From: Pseudoxanthomonas suwonensis
Lineage (GTDB): Bacteria > Pseudomonadota > Gammaproteobacteria > Xanthomonadales > Xanthomonadaceae
NCBI GenBank assembly: GCA_030535605.1
Contig: JAUNRQ010000003.1
Coordinates: forward strand, 26,875 to 90,874
Length of the DNA: 64,000 bases
Direction of reading: 5' to 3'
Shown here: positions 51,563 to 61,417 of the stretch, in pieces
Position numbering within the stretch: the stretch's first letter is position 1
How the letters are laid out: each line of letters starts with the position of its first letter
Translations under genes and position numbers: made by a program
The notes under the pieces: model-generated
Told to the model about the DNA's origin: nothing
Databases searched by the model: none
What the model saw: the letters and a program-made list of their open reading frames with translations, nothing else

Positions 51563-51827
51563 CGGTGCCCCAATCCCCGGTCAGCGGGTCGGTGGCGGTG
51601 GAGGGCGGAAACTGCAGGTGGAAGCCACGGGCGGCGAGGTTGGCCATGACTTCCGCGGGATCCTCGCTGGCAAGCCTGCGCTGCGGGTGCAGGACCACGT
51701 CCAGCACGAATTGCAGCGGTTCCAGTTGCACGCGCAGCGTCTCGGGCAGCCGCGCGAAGGCGTCGCGCGCCGCAAGGTAGACATAGGTATCGGCCCGTTT
51801 GAGGCTCTTGTAGACGTAGGCGTGCAT
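51555..51827 (-). CDS. YcgL-domain protein
   Basis: 90 aa from ATG 51827. MHAYVYKSLKRADTYVYLAARDAFARLPE is a typical YcgL-family N-terminus. Confidence 0.75.
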   Translation of the reverse strand: MHAYVYKSLKRADTYVYLAARDAFARLPETLRVQLEPLQFVLDVVLHPQRRLASEDPAEVMANLAARGFHLQFPPSTATDPLTGDWGTDA

Positions 51828-51977
51828 CGTGGGGGTACCGCGGGGCGTCATGGGATTGTGCGTCAAAGCACGCGGAGGGGGAACCGGACGCCGCGGCCAC
51901 CGTGACCTGTGGCCGGTTCGCCGCGTGTCGTGGCGCTGCTACCCTGCCGAACTGTCCGCCTGTTTTCCGAGCCTGCC

Positions 51978-54368
51978 ATGCGCCGCATACTGACTGCCTG
52001 CCTGCTCCTTGCCGCCGCCCCGTGGCTGGCGGCGCAACCGGCCCAGCCGCTGACCCTGGAGCAGGTGATGGCCGATCCGGACTGGATCGGCAACGGCGTT
52101 GAGCAGGCGTGGTGGCGCTGGGACTCGCAGGCCGTGGAATACACCCGCAAGCGCGAGGACGCCCTGATCCGCGACACCTTCCGCCAGGGCATCGATGGCC
52201 ACAGCGTGGCCACGCGCATGGACGGTGCCGCACGGGCGGACCTGGACAGCGGCAACGTCGTCTACGACGCCGGGCGCACGCGCATGGCGCTGGTGCGCAA
52301 TGGCGACGTGTTCGTGCGCGACCTGCGCAGCGGTGCGCTGACCCAGCTGACCCGCAGCAACGAAGTCGCCAACCGTTTGCAGTGGGGCCGCGACGGCTCG
52401 TTGAGCTGGCGCACTGGCCAGCAGTGGCAGCGTTGGGACGGCCGCAGCGTGATGCAGGCCGCCGATGTTCGCGCGAGCGAGGATCCGGCCAAACCGCCCA
52501 AGGCCGACGACCTGCGCGATCGCCAGTTGCGGCTGATCCGCAGCCTGCGCGAGGATCGCGAGCGCCGCGATGCGGTGCGCGAACAGAACGAGGCCTGGCG
52601 CATCGCCGACCCCACCCGCGCGCCGCTGCCCGCCTTCCTCGGCAGCGACGTGGAGATCGTCGACAGCGCGCTTTCGCCGGATGGCCGCTGGATGATCGTC
52701 GCCACTACCGCGAAGTCGGCCGACGGCGGCAAGCGTGGCGAAATGCCGATGTACGTGACCGAATCCGGCTACGAGGAAACCGAAACCGTGCGCACCCGCG
52801 TGGGTCGCGCCGACCCGCCGGCGCAGACGCTGTGGCTGGTGGACGTGACCTCCGCCGAAGTGCGCAAGCTGTCGCTGGACGCACTGCCGGGCATCACCGT
52901 CGACCCGCTTGCCGAACTGCGCCGCGAAGCCGGCAAGGACGCGCTGAAAGGCAACCGCCCGGTGCGCCTGGATGGCGGCCGCAGCGGTGGTGGACCGATC
53001 AACTGGAACGCCGCCGGCGACCGCGCGGCGATCATGCTGCGGGCGGTCGACAACAAGGACCGCTGGATCGTCAGCGTCGAGCCGGCGCAGGCACGCGTGC
53101 AGGCGCGCCACCGCCTGACTGACCCGGGCTGGATCAACTGGAACTTCAACGACTTCGGCTGGATGCCGGACGACCGCACGCTGTGGCTGCTGTCCGAGGA
53201 CACCGGCTTCTCGCACCTGTACCTCAACGACGCCAACGGCCGCAGCCGCGCGCTGACATCCGGACGCTGGGAAGCCTCCAGCCCGGAGCTGGCCGCCGAT
53301 GGCAACAGCTTCTACTTCCTGTGCAACCGCACGCGGCCGGTGGACTACGAGGTGTGCAACGTGACCGCCAGTGGCGGCAACCTGCGCGAAGTGACCGACC
53401 TCGAGGGCGTGGAAGGTTTCCGCCTCTCGCCCGATGGCCAGCGGCTGCTGGTGACCCACTCTTCGGCCTACGTGCCGACCACGGTGTCGGTGCAGACCGT
53501 GGACGGCGATGGCCGGGTCACCCTGCTGGACCCGCGCAGCGAGCCTTTCCGCCAGTTCGACTGGCTGCAGCCGGAGATCGTGCAGGTGCCGAGCAAGCAC
53601 GGTGCCGGCACCATCTGGGGCAAGTACTACGGCCCGAAGACGCTGGAGCCCGGCCGCCAGTACCCGATCGTGCTGTTCGTGCATGGCGCCGGCTACCTGC
53701 AGAACGTGCACCAGCGCTACCCGACCTATTTCCGCGAGCAGATGTTCCACAACCTGCTGGTGCAGCAGGGCTACATCGTGCTGGATCTGGATTTCCGCGC
53801 CTCCGAAGGTTACGGCCGTGACTGGCGCACGGCCATCTACCGGCACATGGGCGAGCCGGAATTGCAGGACTATCTGGACGGCATCGACTGGCTGGTGGCC
53901 AACCGCCAGGGCAACCGGGATCGCGTCGGCATCTACGGCGGCAGCTACGGCGGCTTCATGACCTTCATGGCGCTGTTCAAGAAGCCCGGCGTGTTCAAGG
54001 CCGGCGCCGCGCTGCGCCCGGTGACCGACTGGTCGCAGTACAACCATGGGTATACCGCGAACATCCTCAACACCCCGGAACTGGACCCGGAAGCCTACCG
54101 GCGCTCCTCCCCGCTGGAGCTGGCCGAAGGCCTGCAGGACCACCTGCTGATCAGCCACGGCATGATCGACGACAACGTGTTCTACCGCGATTCCATCGTG
54201 CTGGCGCAACGGCTGATCGAGCTGCGCAAGGACAAGTGGGAACTGGCCAGCTATCCGCTGGAGCGCCACGGCTATCAGCGCTCGGACAGCTGGTACGACC
54301 AGTACCGGCGCATCCACGAACTGTTCGAAAAGGTGCTGAAGGCGGACGATCCGGTGGCGGTGCGCTGA
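51978..54368 (+). CDS. S9 family serine peptidase (prolyl oligopeptidase/DPP-like) with N-terminal beta-propeller
   Basis: 796 aa from ATG 51978. Signal peptide (LLLAAAPWLAA). Nucleophile motif VGIYGGSYGGFMT. C-terminal D/H region (SHGMIDDNV ... ERHGY). Confidence 0.9.
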   Translation: MRRILTACLLLAAAPWLAAQPAQPLTLEQVMADPDWIGNGVEQAWWRWDSQAVEYTRKREDALIRDTFRQGIDGHSVATRMDGAARADLDSGNVVYDAGRTRMALVRNGDVFVRDLRSGALTQLTRSNEVANRLQWGRDGSLSWRTGQQWQRWDGRSVMQAADVRASEDPAKPPKADDLRDRQLRLIRSLREDRERRDAVREQNEAWRIADPTRAPLPAFLGSDVEIVDSALSPDGRWMIVATTAKSADGGKRGEMPMYVTESGYEETETVRTRVGRADPPAQTLWLVDVTSAEVRKLSLDALPGITVDPLAELRREAGKDALKGNRPVRLDGGRSGGGPINWNAAGDRAAIMLRAVDNKDRWIVSVEPAQARVQARHRLTDPGWINWNFNDFGWMPDDRTLWLLSEDTGFSHLYLNDANGRSRALTSGRWEASSPELAADGNSFYFLCNRTRPVDYEVCNVTASGGNLREVTDLEGVEGFRLSPDGQRLLVTHSSAYVPTTVSVQTVDGDGRVTLLDPRSEPFRQFDWLQPEIVQVPSKHGAGTIWGKYYGPKTLEPGRQYPIVLFVHGAGYLQNVHQRYPTYFREQMFHNLLVQQGYIVLDLDFRASEGYGRDWRTAIYRHMGEPELQDYLDGIDWLVANRQGNRDRVGIYGGSYGGFMTFMALFKKPGVFKAGAALRPVTDWSQYNHGYTANILNTPELDPEAYRRSSPLELAEGLQDHLLISHGMIDDNVFYRDSIVLAQRLIELRKDKWELASYPLERHGYQRSDSWYDQYRRIHELFEKVLKADDPVAVR

Positions 54369-54623
54369 GCGTCGCACCGCGCAACGCCGAGCGGCGTGGA
54401 CAGTGCTGTGGGCGCACGCCCCCGCAGCCGAGCCGGCTGCTGGCTGACATCGATGCGCGCACGCCGCCGGACGCCGCCGCATGCCCGTCGAGCGCCGCCC
54501 GCTCCGCGTGCAGCAGCGTTTGCCGCCGCCGCGCGATCGTGCGTGACAAGGGTCGGCAGTCGCTGCCCCGGAAAGGCGACGATGGCGACACCCTGCACAC
54601 ATCGCCGCCCTACAATCGTCCGC

Positions 54624-55550
54624 ATGAACACCCCCCACGACTTCACCCGGGTCCGTCACTGGCTGACCGACCTGCAGGACCGCATCTGCACCGCGATTGC
54701 CGCTGCCGATGGCCAGGCACGCTTCCACGAGGACGCCTGGCAGCGCGCGCCGGATGATCCCTCGCCGCTGCGCGGTGGCGGGCGCACGCGGATCCTGCGT
54801 GATGGCGCGGTGTTCGAGCAGGCGGGGATCGGCTTTTCCGACGTCTCCGGGGAACAGTTGCCGCCGTCGGCCACCGCCAACCGCCCGGAGCTGGCCGGGG
54901 CCGCGTGGCGCGCCATCGGCGTCTCGCTGGTGTTCCACCCGCGCAACCCGTACGTGCCCACCACCCACGCCAACGTGCGCCACCTCCAGGCCGAAAAGGA
55001 CGGCGAAACTGTGGCCTGGTGGTTCGGCGGCGGTTTCGACCTGACCCCGTTCTACCCGTTCGACGATGACGTGCACCACTGGCACCGGGTGGCACGCGAT
55101 CTGTGCGAACCCTATGGCGGGCAGGCGCGCTACGACGCCCACAAGCGCTGGTGCGACGAATACTTCTACCTCAAGCACCGCGCCGAAACCCGTGGCGTGG
55201 GCGGGCTGTTCTTCGACGACCTGCATACGCAGTTCGAAGACGACTTCGGTTACCTGCGCGCGGTCGGTGACGGTTTCCTCGATGCCTACCTGCCGATCGT
55301 CGAGCGCCGCCGCGACACGCCGTTCGGCGAGCGCGAACGCGAATTCCAGCTGTATCGGCGTGGCCGCTACGTCGAGTTCAACCTGGTCTACGATCGCGGC
55401 ACCCATTTCGGCCTGCAATCCGGTGGCCGGGCCGAGTCGATCCTGATGAGCATGCCCCCGCGGGTGCGCTGGGAGTACGGCTACACCCCCGAAGCCGGCA
55501 GCGACGAAGCCCGCCTGATCGATTACCTGACGCCGCGCGACTGGCTGTGA
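54624..55550 (+). CDS. hemF: Oxygen-dependent coproporphyrinogen III oxidase
   Basis: 308 aa from ATG 54624. [10 protein letters not shown] and [21 protein letters not shown] motifs. Confidence 0.95.
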   Translation: MNTPHDFTRVRHWLTDLQDRICTAIAAADGQARFHEDAWQRAPDDPSPLRGGGRTRILRDGAVFEQAGIGFSDVSGEQLPPSATANRPELAGAAWRAIGVSLVFHPRNPYVPTTHANVRHLQAEKDGETVAWWFGGGFDLTPFYPFDDDVHHWHRVARDLCEPYGGQARYDAHKRWCDEYFYLKHRAETRGVGGLFFDDLHTQFEDDFGYLRAVGDGFLDAYLPIVERRRDTPFGEREREFQLYRRGRYVEFNLVYDRGTHFGLQSGGRAESILMSMPPRVRWEYGYTPEAGSDEARLIDYLTPRDWL

Positions 55551-56569
55551 ACGCCGGGCCGCCCGTGCTGGTGGCCGACATCGGCGGCACCCATGCACGC
55601 TTCGGGCTGACGGACCCCGGGCGCGCCACGCCGGCGGTGACCGACGTGCGGGCGTTTGCCACCGCCGCCCATCCCGGCCTCGTCGAGGCGGTGCGTGCCT
55701 ATCTGGCACCACTGGCCGTCCGTCCCCGCCTGGCGGTACTGGCGGTCGCGGCTCCGGTGCCCGGCGACCACACGCCACGGCCCGATGCCACGCATGCGCC
55801 TTCCACGACCCGCCTCACCAACCATGCGTGGTCGTTCGAGCGCCATGGCTTGCAACAGGCACTCGGGCTGGATGCCGTGCATCTGCTCAACGACTTCGCC
55901 GCCGTCGCCCATGCCGTCCCCTGGCTGCAACCGGCGCAGTTGCCGTGCCTGCACGGGCAGCCGCCCATGCCGTTGCAAGGGCCGGTGACGGTACTCGGGC
56001 CCGGTACCGGACTGGGCGTGGCCTTGCTTGTCCGGCAAACCGATGCGGCCTGGCAGGTGCTTGCCACCGAAGGCGGCCATGCCAGCTTCGCGCCTCTGGA
56101 TGACACCGAACGGACCATCGCCCGGCACCTTCAGGAGCGGCATGGACGGGTATCGAACGAACGGGTGCTCAGCGGTCCGGGCCTGGCGCAGATCGAACTG
56201 GCATTGCGCCATGCCCGAAATCCCGCCGCCGTCGCGCGCGATGCCGCCGCTATCCTGGCGGCGGCGGTGGCCGGCGACGATCCGGCCGCAAGCGCAGCAT
56301 TGGCGCGGTTTTTCGCGATACTCGGCAGCGTCACCGGCGACATCGCGCTGCTGCACGGCGCGCGCTCGGTGGTGATCGCCGGCGGCATCGTGCCGCGCTG
56401 CCTTCCCTTGCTGCAGCAGAGCGATTTCGTCGCGCGGATGCGCGACAAGGGCCGGCTGGCGGGCTGGTTCGACGATCTGCCGGTGCAGGTGGTCACCCAC
56501 CCGCAACCGGGGCTGCTGGGTGCGGCGGCGGTCGCGACGCGGATCACGGCGTCGATGCCGGGTCGATGA
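55547..56569 (+). CDS. glk: Glucokinase
   Basis: 340 aa. GTG start overlaps the hemF stop (GTGA). [18 protein letters not shown]-binding motif. Confidence 0.9.
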   Translation: MNAGPPVLVADIGGTHARFGLTDPGRATPAVTDVRAFATAAHPGLVEAVRAYLAPLAVRPRLAVLAVAAPVPGDHTPRPDATHAPSTTRLTNHAWSFERHGLQQALGLDAVHLLNDFAAVAHAVPWLQPAQLPCLHGQPPMPLQGPVTVLGPGTGLGVALLVRQTDAAWQVLATEGGHASFAPLDDTERTIARHLQERHGRVSNERVLSGPGLAQIELALRHARNPAAVARDAAAILAAAVAGDDPAASAALARFFAILGSVTGDIALLHGARSVVIAGGIVPRCLPLLQQSDFVARMRDKGRLAGWFDDLPVQVVTHPQPGLLGAAAVATRITASMPGR

Positions 56570-56659
56570 CCGGCCGGACATGCGTGCCGGCTGGCGGTCC
56601 GCGTGCCACGCCACGGTGCGGGCAACAGAGGGGTGATCGCGCCGGGTTGGGAGAAGAAC

Positions 56660-56790
56660 CAAAAGAAAGCCCCGCAGGCAGGGGAGGCCGGCGGGGCTTG
56701 GGAGCGACGACCTGGGGAGGGGTCATGTGTCGCTCCGGGATCACACTCCAGGGGAGGGGAGTTGATCTGCGCCGGACATTGCATCCGACG
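56660..56790 (-). ncRNA. sX13-like small RNA (three hairpins with C-rich loops); 5-prime end approximate
   Basis: Minus strand, about 170-300 nt downstream of the polA stop. It contains three hairpins: GATCA(A)CTCC-[CCTCCCCT]-GGAG(TG)TGATC; GGAGCGAC-[ACATGACCCCTCCCCAGGTC]-GTCGCTCC; and a terminator AAGCCCCGC-[CGGCCTCCCCTGCCT]-GCGGGGCTT followed by TCTTTTGG. An AT-richer patch with a -10-like CATATA lies upstream. Confidence 0.6.
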
Positions 56791-56956
56791 CACGTATATG
56801 ACCACCCCGGACATGGATGGTTCGTGAAGAAACCGGTTAAACAACTGTTGGATTCAGTAGGAATTTAGATAGTTGAACGCGGCGATTGCCGTGCTCAATC
56901 ACGGCGCTGCCAGGCATGTGAAACCCCAATCGCAGGCAGGCCGGAAAACTCCCGTG

Positions 56957-59716
56957 TCAGTGCGCCTGCTCCCAATTGCGGCCGCTGCCGCTGTCGACCA
57001 CCAGCGGCACGCGCAGCTGCGCGGCGCCGACCATGCGGCGGACGACTTCCTCGCGCAGTTCCTCGAGGAAGCCCTCATCGACCTCGAACACCAGTTCGTC
57101 GTGCACCTGCAGGATCATCAATGCCTTGCCCGCATGCTCCGCGAGCCAGCGGTCGATGTCGATCATCGCCCGCTTGATGATGTCCGCGGCGGTGCCCTGC
57201 ATCGGTGCATTGATCGCGGCGCGCTCGGCGCCGGCGCGCTGGGCCTGGTTGCGGGCGCCGATGTACGGCAGGTACAGGCGTCGGCCGAACACGGTTTCGA
57301 CGTATCCCTGCTCGCGCGCCTGCTCGCGGGTGCGGTCCATGAACTCGCGCACCCCCGGATAGCGGGCGAAGTACAGGCCGATGTAGTCCTGCGCTTCGCC
57401 GCGGCCGATGCCGAGGTTGCGGGCCAGGCCGAAGGCGCTCATGCCGTACATCAGGCCGAAATTGATCGCCTTGGCGGCGCGTCGCTCGTTGGCGGTGACC
57501 GCCTCCATGGGCCGGCCGAACACTTCGGCCGCCGTCGCGCGGTGGATGTCGGCACCGGCCTCGAAGGCCCGCAGCAGGCCGGGGTCGCCCGACAGGTGGG
57601 CCATGATCCGCAGTTCGATCTGCGAATAGTCGCAGGCCAGCAGGACGCGGCCCGGCGGGGCGATGAAGGCCTCGCGGATGCGACGACCGTCTTCGCTGCG
57701 GATCGGGATGTTCTGCAGGTTGGGATCGGACGAGGCCAGCCGCCCGGTCGCGGCACCGGCCTGGTGGAAACTGGTGTGCACCCGACCGGTGTCGGGATTG
57801 ATCATGTCCGGCAGCTTGTCGGTGTAGGTGCTGCGCAGTTTCGCCAGTCCGCGGTACTCGAGGATCACCCGAGGCAGCTCGTGCGCATCGGCGATCGCCT
57901 CCAGCGCTTCCTCGTTGGTCGAGGGCTGGCCCTTCGGGGTCTTCACCAGCGCCGGCAGGCCCAGTTCGTCGAACAGCACGGCCTGCAACTGCTTCGGCGA
58001 ATCCAGGTTGAAGGTGCGCCCGGCCAGCGCGGTCGCCTTCTGCTGCGCGGCGAGCATGCGCTTGCCGAGGTCGGCCGATTGCCGGCGCAGTTCGGCGGCA
58101 TCGACCATCACCCCGTTGGCCTCGATCCGCGCCAGCACCGGCACCAGCGGCATCTCGATGTCGCGGTACACCGCGTCCAGCGCCGGATCGGCGGCCAGGC
58201 GTGCGGCCTGCACCGTGTACAGCCGCAGGGTGATGTCGGCGTCCTCGGCGGCGTAGCGGCAGGCGTCGGCGATGGCGACCTGCGAGAACGGGATCGCCTT
58301 GGCACCCTTGCCGGCCACGTCTTCGTAGCGCAACGTGGTGTAGCCAAGCAGGCGCGTGGCCATGGAATCCATGTCGTGGCGCTGCGAGGAATCCAGCACG
58401 AAGCTCTGCAGCATGGTGTCGTCGCGGTAGCCGCGCACGTCGATGCCGTGGCGGCGCAACACGTGGAGGTCGTACTTGCCATGCTGGCCGATCTTGGCAA
58501 TGGCCGGATCTTCCAGCAGCGGCTTGAGTGCATCGAGCGTGGCCGCCAACGGCAGCTGCGTGGGCGCGCCCGGGCAGTCATGCGCCAGCGGCAGGTACGC
58601 GGCGTGGCCTGGCTCGACCGCGAAACTCAGCCCCACCAGGTTGGCGCGCATCGGGTCCAGGCTGTCGGTTTCGCAATCCAGGGCGACGGTACCGGCGGCA
58701 CGGATGCGCTCGAGCCAGTCCTGCAGCTGCGCCGGCTCCAGCAGCGTGTCATGACGCCCCGGCGCGGCCAGCGCCGGGTCGATGTCGGTCGGCGGCGCGG
58801 CCGGCACGCTGATCCGCCCGCTGCCGGCGGTGGGCACGCGGGCCTCGCCGGACACCGAGGCAGCGTCGCCACTGTCCAGCTCCTTCAGTGCCTGGGTGAA
58901 GCCGTAGCGGGTGTACAGCGCGCGCAGCGTGGCGGTGTCGCGCGGGCACATCGCCAGATCGGTGATGCCCAGCTCCAGCGGGACATCGGTCTTGATCGTC
59001 GCCAGTTCGCGGTTCAGCGGCAGCCGCGCCAGCACCGCCCGCAGGTTCTCGCCGATCTTGCCCTTGATGCCATCGGCCGCGGCGATCACGCCGTCCAGAT
59101 CGCCGTGTTCGCCCAGCCACTTGGCCGCGGTCTTGGGGCCGCACTTGTCCACCCCGGGGATGTTGTCGACCTTGTCGCCCATCAGCGCGAGGTAGTCGGC
59201 GATCTGCGAGGGCTGCACGCCGAATTTTTCCAGCACCGCCGCATCCGAATCGGTGCGACTGCCGGTCATGGTGTTGACCAGCACCACCCGCGGCCGCACC
59301 AGCTGGGCGAAGTCCTTGTCGCCGGTGGAGATGGTGACCTCGATGTCCTGCGCCGCCGCCTCCAGCGCCAGCGTGCCGATGACGTCGTCGGCCTCCACGT
59401 CCGGTACCCGCAGGATGGGAATGCCCAGCGCTTCCACGATCGCCAGCATCGGCTCGACCTGCGCGCGCAATTCGTCCGGCATCGGCGGGCGATTGGCCTT
59501 GTACTGCGGGTCCAGCGCGTTGCGGAAGGTCGGGCCGGAAGCATCGACCACGAACGCCAGGTAGTCCGGTGCCTCGCGGGTGTGGCCCCGCAGCATGTTG
59601 ACCACGCCGAACAGCGCGCCGGTGGGCTCGCCGGCGGCGTTGCTCAGTGGCGGCAGCGCGTGGAAGGCGCGGAACAGGTACGAGGACCCGTCGATCAGGG
59701 TCAGGCGCTTGCTCAT
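56957..59716 (-). CDS. polA: DNA polymerase I
   Basis: 919 aa. Motif A DYSQIELRIMAHLS, motif B RRAAKAINFGLMYGMS, motif C LQVHDELVFEV. The 5-prime nuclease and 3-prime-5-prime exonuclease regions are present. Confidence 0.97.
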   Translation of the reverse strand: MSKRLTLIDGSSYLFRAFHALPPLSNAAGEPTGALFGVVNMLRGHTREAPDYLAFVVDASGPTFRNALDPQYKANRPPMPDELRAQVEPMLAIVEALGIPILRVPDVEADDVIGTLALEAAAQDIEVTISTGDKDFAQLVRPRVVLVNTMTGSRTDSDAAVLEKFGVQPSQIADYLALMGDKVDNIPGVDKCGPKTAAKWLGEHGDLDGVIAAADGIKGKIGENLRAVLARLPLNRELATIKTDVPLELGITDLAMCPRDTATLRALYTRYGFTQALKELDSGDAASVSGEARVPTAGSGRISVPAAPPTDIDPALAAPGRHDTLLEPAQLQDWLERIRAAGTVALDCETDSLDPMRANLVGLSFAVEPGHAAYLPLAHDCPGAPTQLPLAATLDALKPLLEDPAIAKIGQHGKYDLHVLRRHGIDVRGYRDDTMLQSFVLDSSQRHDMDSMATRLLGYTTLRYEDVAGKGAKAIPFSQVAIADACRYAAEDADITLRLYTVQAARLAADPALDAVYRDIEMPLVPVLARIEANGVMVDAAELRRQSADLGKRMLAAQQKATALAGRTFNLDSPKQLQAVLFDELGLPALVKTPKGQPSTNEEALEAIADAHELPRVILEYRGLAKLRSTYTDKLPDMINPDTGRVHTSFHQAGAATGRLASSDPNLQNIPIRSEDGRRIREAFIAPPGRVLLACDYSQIELRIMAHLSGDPGLLRAFEAGADIHRATAAEVFGRPMEAVTANERRAAKAINFGLMYGMSAFGLARNLGIGRGEAQDYIGLYFARYPGVREFMDRTREQAREQGYVETVFGRRLYLPYIGARNQAQRAGAERAAINAPMQGTAADIIKRAMIDIDRWLAEHAGKALMILQVHDELVFEVDEGFLEELREEVVRRMVGAAQLRVPLVVDSGSGRNWEQAH

Positions 59717-59841
59717 GGGACGATTCTCATGGGGCGATTGTAGTGAGCCGCGGGCGAAGGCCGTGCAGGCGCGGGTTCCGGTCCGCTCGGCTGCCGGAGG
59801 ATTGGGGCATCATGGACGCACGTCCGCCAGGGATTTCCGCC

Positions 59842-60144
59842 ATGACCCGCCACCTGCCACGCCGCCTTGCCGCCATCACCGTCCTCGCGCTGAGCCTGGG
59901 CCTTGCCGCCTGCGCCAGCACCTCGGAGGCGCGCCTGCCGGAGTTGCCGGCCGACACCGTCAGCGCCACCCGCACCGAGGCCAACGGCGATGTCATCACC
60001 GAATACCGCAGTGGCGGGCAGCTGCTGATGGTCCACGTCAAGCCGGTGCGTGGCCCGGAGTACTACCTGTATTCGCGCGACGGCAAGCCCGGCGGCAGCC
60101 GCGACGATGCGCCGCAGACGTATTTCAAGCTGTTCGGCTGGTAA
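59842..60144 (+). CDS. DUF2782-like lipoprotein
   Basis: 100 aa from ATG 59842 (alternative ATG at 59812). Lipobox LSLGLAAC. ITEYRSGGQLLMVHVKPVRGPEYYLYSRDGKPGG matches the DUF2782 pattern. Divergent from polA, as in many gammaproteobacteria. Confidence 0.65.
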   Translation: MTRHLPRRLAAITVLALSLGLAACASTSEARLPELPADTVSATRTEANGDVITEYRSGGQLLMVHVKPVRGPEYYLYSRDGKPGGSRDDAPQTYFKLFGW

Positions 60145-60291
60145 CTGTCCGCCACCGCCGAAGACACCGCGCCGGGCGTGCCCGGTTGGTTCCATCCATG
60201 TCGGGCAGCAGCGGAGCGCGCTTCGCTTGCCCGTCATCCTGGCCGTGGCAATCCGCCAATCGCGCGAAGGGCGTTGGCTCCAACGCCGGCT

Positions 60292-60738
60292 TCAGCGGAT
60301 CACCAGCACCGGCACCTGACTGCGGCCCAGCACTTCGCTGGTCTGGCTGCCCAGCAGCAGGCGGCGCAGGCCGCGGCGACCGTGCGAGGCCATCACCACC
60401 AGGTCGCAGCCGCTTTTTTCCGCCTCCTCGACGATGGCATCGGCGGCATGGCGATCGACCACGTGGCGGGTTTCCAGCGGCACGCCAGCGGCACTGGCAC
60501 GCTCGCTCAACGGCGCGAACAACTCCTGCGCCGCGCGTTCGCGTGCCGCCTGCAGTTCCGAGTCCAGGTTGCCGAGGACGCCGAGGTTGAAGGCATCGTC
60601 GGTACCGAGCACGACCGGTTCACTGACCGTGAGCACGGTGACCCTGGCGCCGGTACGCCGTGCCAGTTCCAGGCCATGTTCGACGGCCTTGCCAGCCAGT
60701 TCGGAGCCGTCGGTTGCGATCAACAGGTGCGCGTACAT
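60292..60738 (-). CDS. Universal stress protein (UspA family)
   Basis: 148 aa from ATG 60738. MYAHLLIATDGSELAGKAV and VMASHGRRGLRRLLLGSQT motifs. Confidence 0.88.
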   Translation of the reverse strand: MYAHLLIATDGSELAGKAVEHGLELARRTGARVTVLTVSEPVVLGTDDAFNLGVLGNLDSELQAARERAAQELFAPLSERASAAGVPLETRHVVDRHAADAIVEEAEKSGCDLVVMASHGRRGLRRLLLGSQTSEVLGRSQVPVLVIR

Positions 60739-60825
60739 GGAAGTCTCCGCGAAGGTCGGGGTGCAAGCGACATTAGAACACCGTGTCTGATCCCGTGCTT
60801 GCACGGGATCAATTCCGCGCGCGGC

Positions 60826-61290
60826 TCAGGGACCGGGCTGTTGCGCGAGCATGCGCGCGTAGTCCTCGCGGTAGGCGGCGGCCAGCCGGACCTTGGCGGT
60901 ATCGGACAGGATCTTCCCGGACTGCTGGAAGAAGCGGGTTTCCTCTTCTTCCAGATGGTGCTCCAGTTCATGCACCAACGTCCCGGCGCGCTGCATCCAG
61001 CCGGCTTCCGATGGGTCGCGACCGTCCAGTTCCTCGAACAGCTCTTCCAGCTTGTGGTGTTCGGCCAGCGCGTGGCGCGACGGCTGCAGGCCGTTGTCGT
61101 CCATCAGGATCGGCGCGTACAGGAAGCGCTCCTCGGCGGCGGCGTGCGCGGCTTCTTCGTTGCGCAGGGCGACGAAGACCTTGCGGCGGTCGCTGCCATG
61201 CGGCTCGGTCTCGAGCAGTTGCCGACACAGCGCGCGCTGGCGTTCGTGGCTTTCGCGCAAGGCGTCGTAGATGGTGTCGGAACTGGCCAT
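60826..61290 (-). CDS. Hemerythrin-like cation-binding domain protein
   Basis: 154 aa from ATG 61290 (GGAGAG RBS). His/Glu-rich helices LAEHHKLEELFEEL and LVHELEHHLEEEE. Confidence 0.8.
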   Translation of the reverse strand: MASSDTIYDALRESHERQRALCRQLLETEPHGSDRRKVFVALRNEEAAHAAAEERFLYAPILMDDNGLQPSRHALAEHHKLEELFEELDGRDPSEAGWMQRAGTLVHELEHHLEEEETRFFQQSGKILSDTAKVRLAAAYREDYARMLAQQPGP

Positions 61291-61417
61291 CGTCTCTCCG
61301 GCAGGCAGGGGGAAGCGCACAGCGTAGCCGTCGGCGCGTGGACGCCGGGTGGTTGCCGGCCGCAGCCGACTGCGCCGGCCGGATTCCGACCGTTCGTTTT
61401 CCGCAATCCGGCCGGCG

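Noticed and set aside
51939-55778. 1,279-aa minus-strand ORF spanning the S9 peptidase, hemF and the start of glk
   Set aside because: It runs antisense across three independently recognisable plus-strand genes and their intergenic gap, which a real gene would not do. It is a stop-codon-poor artefact.
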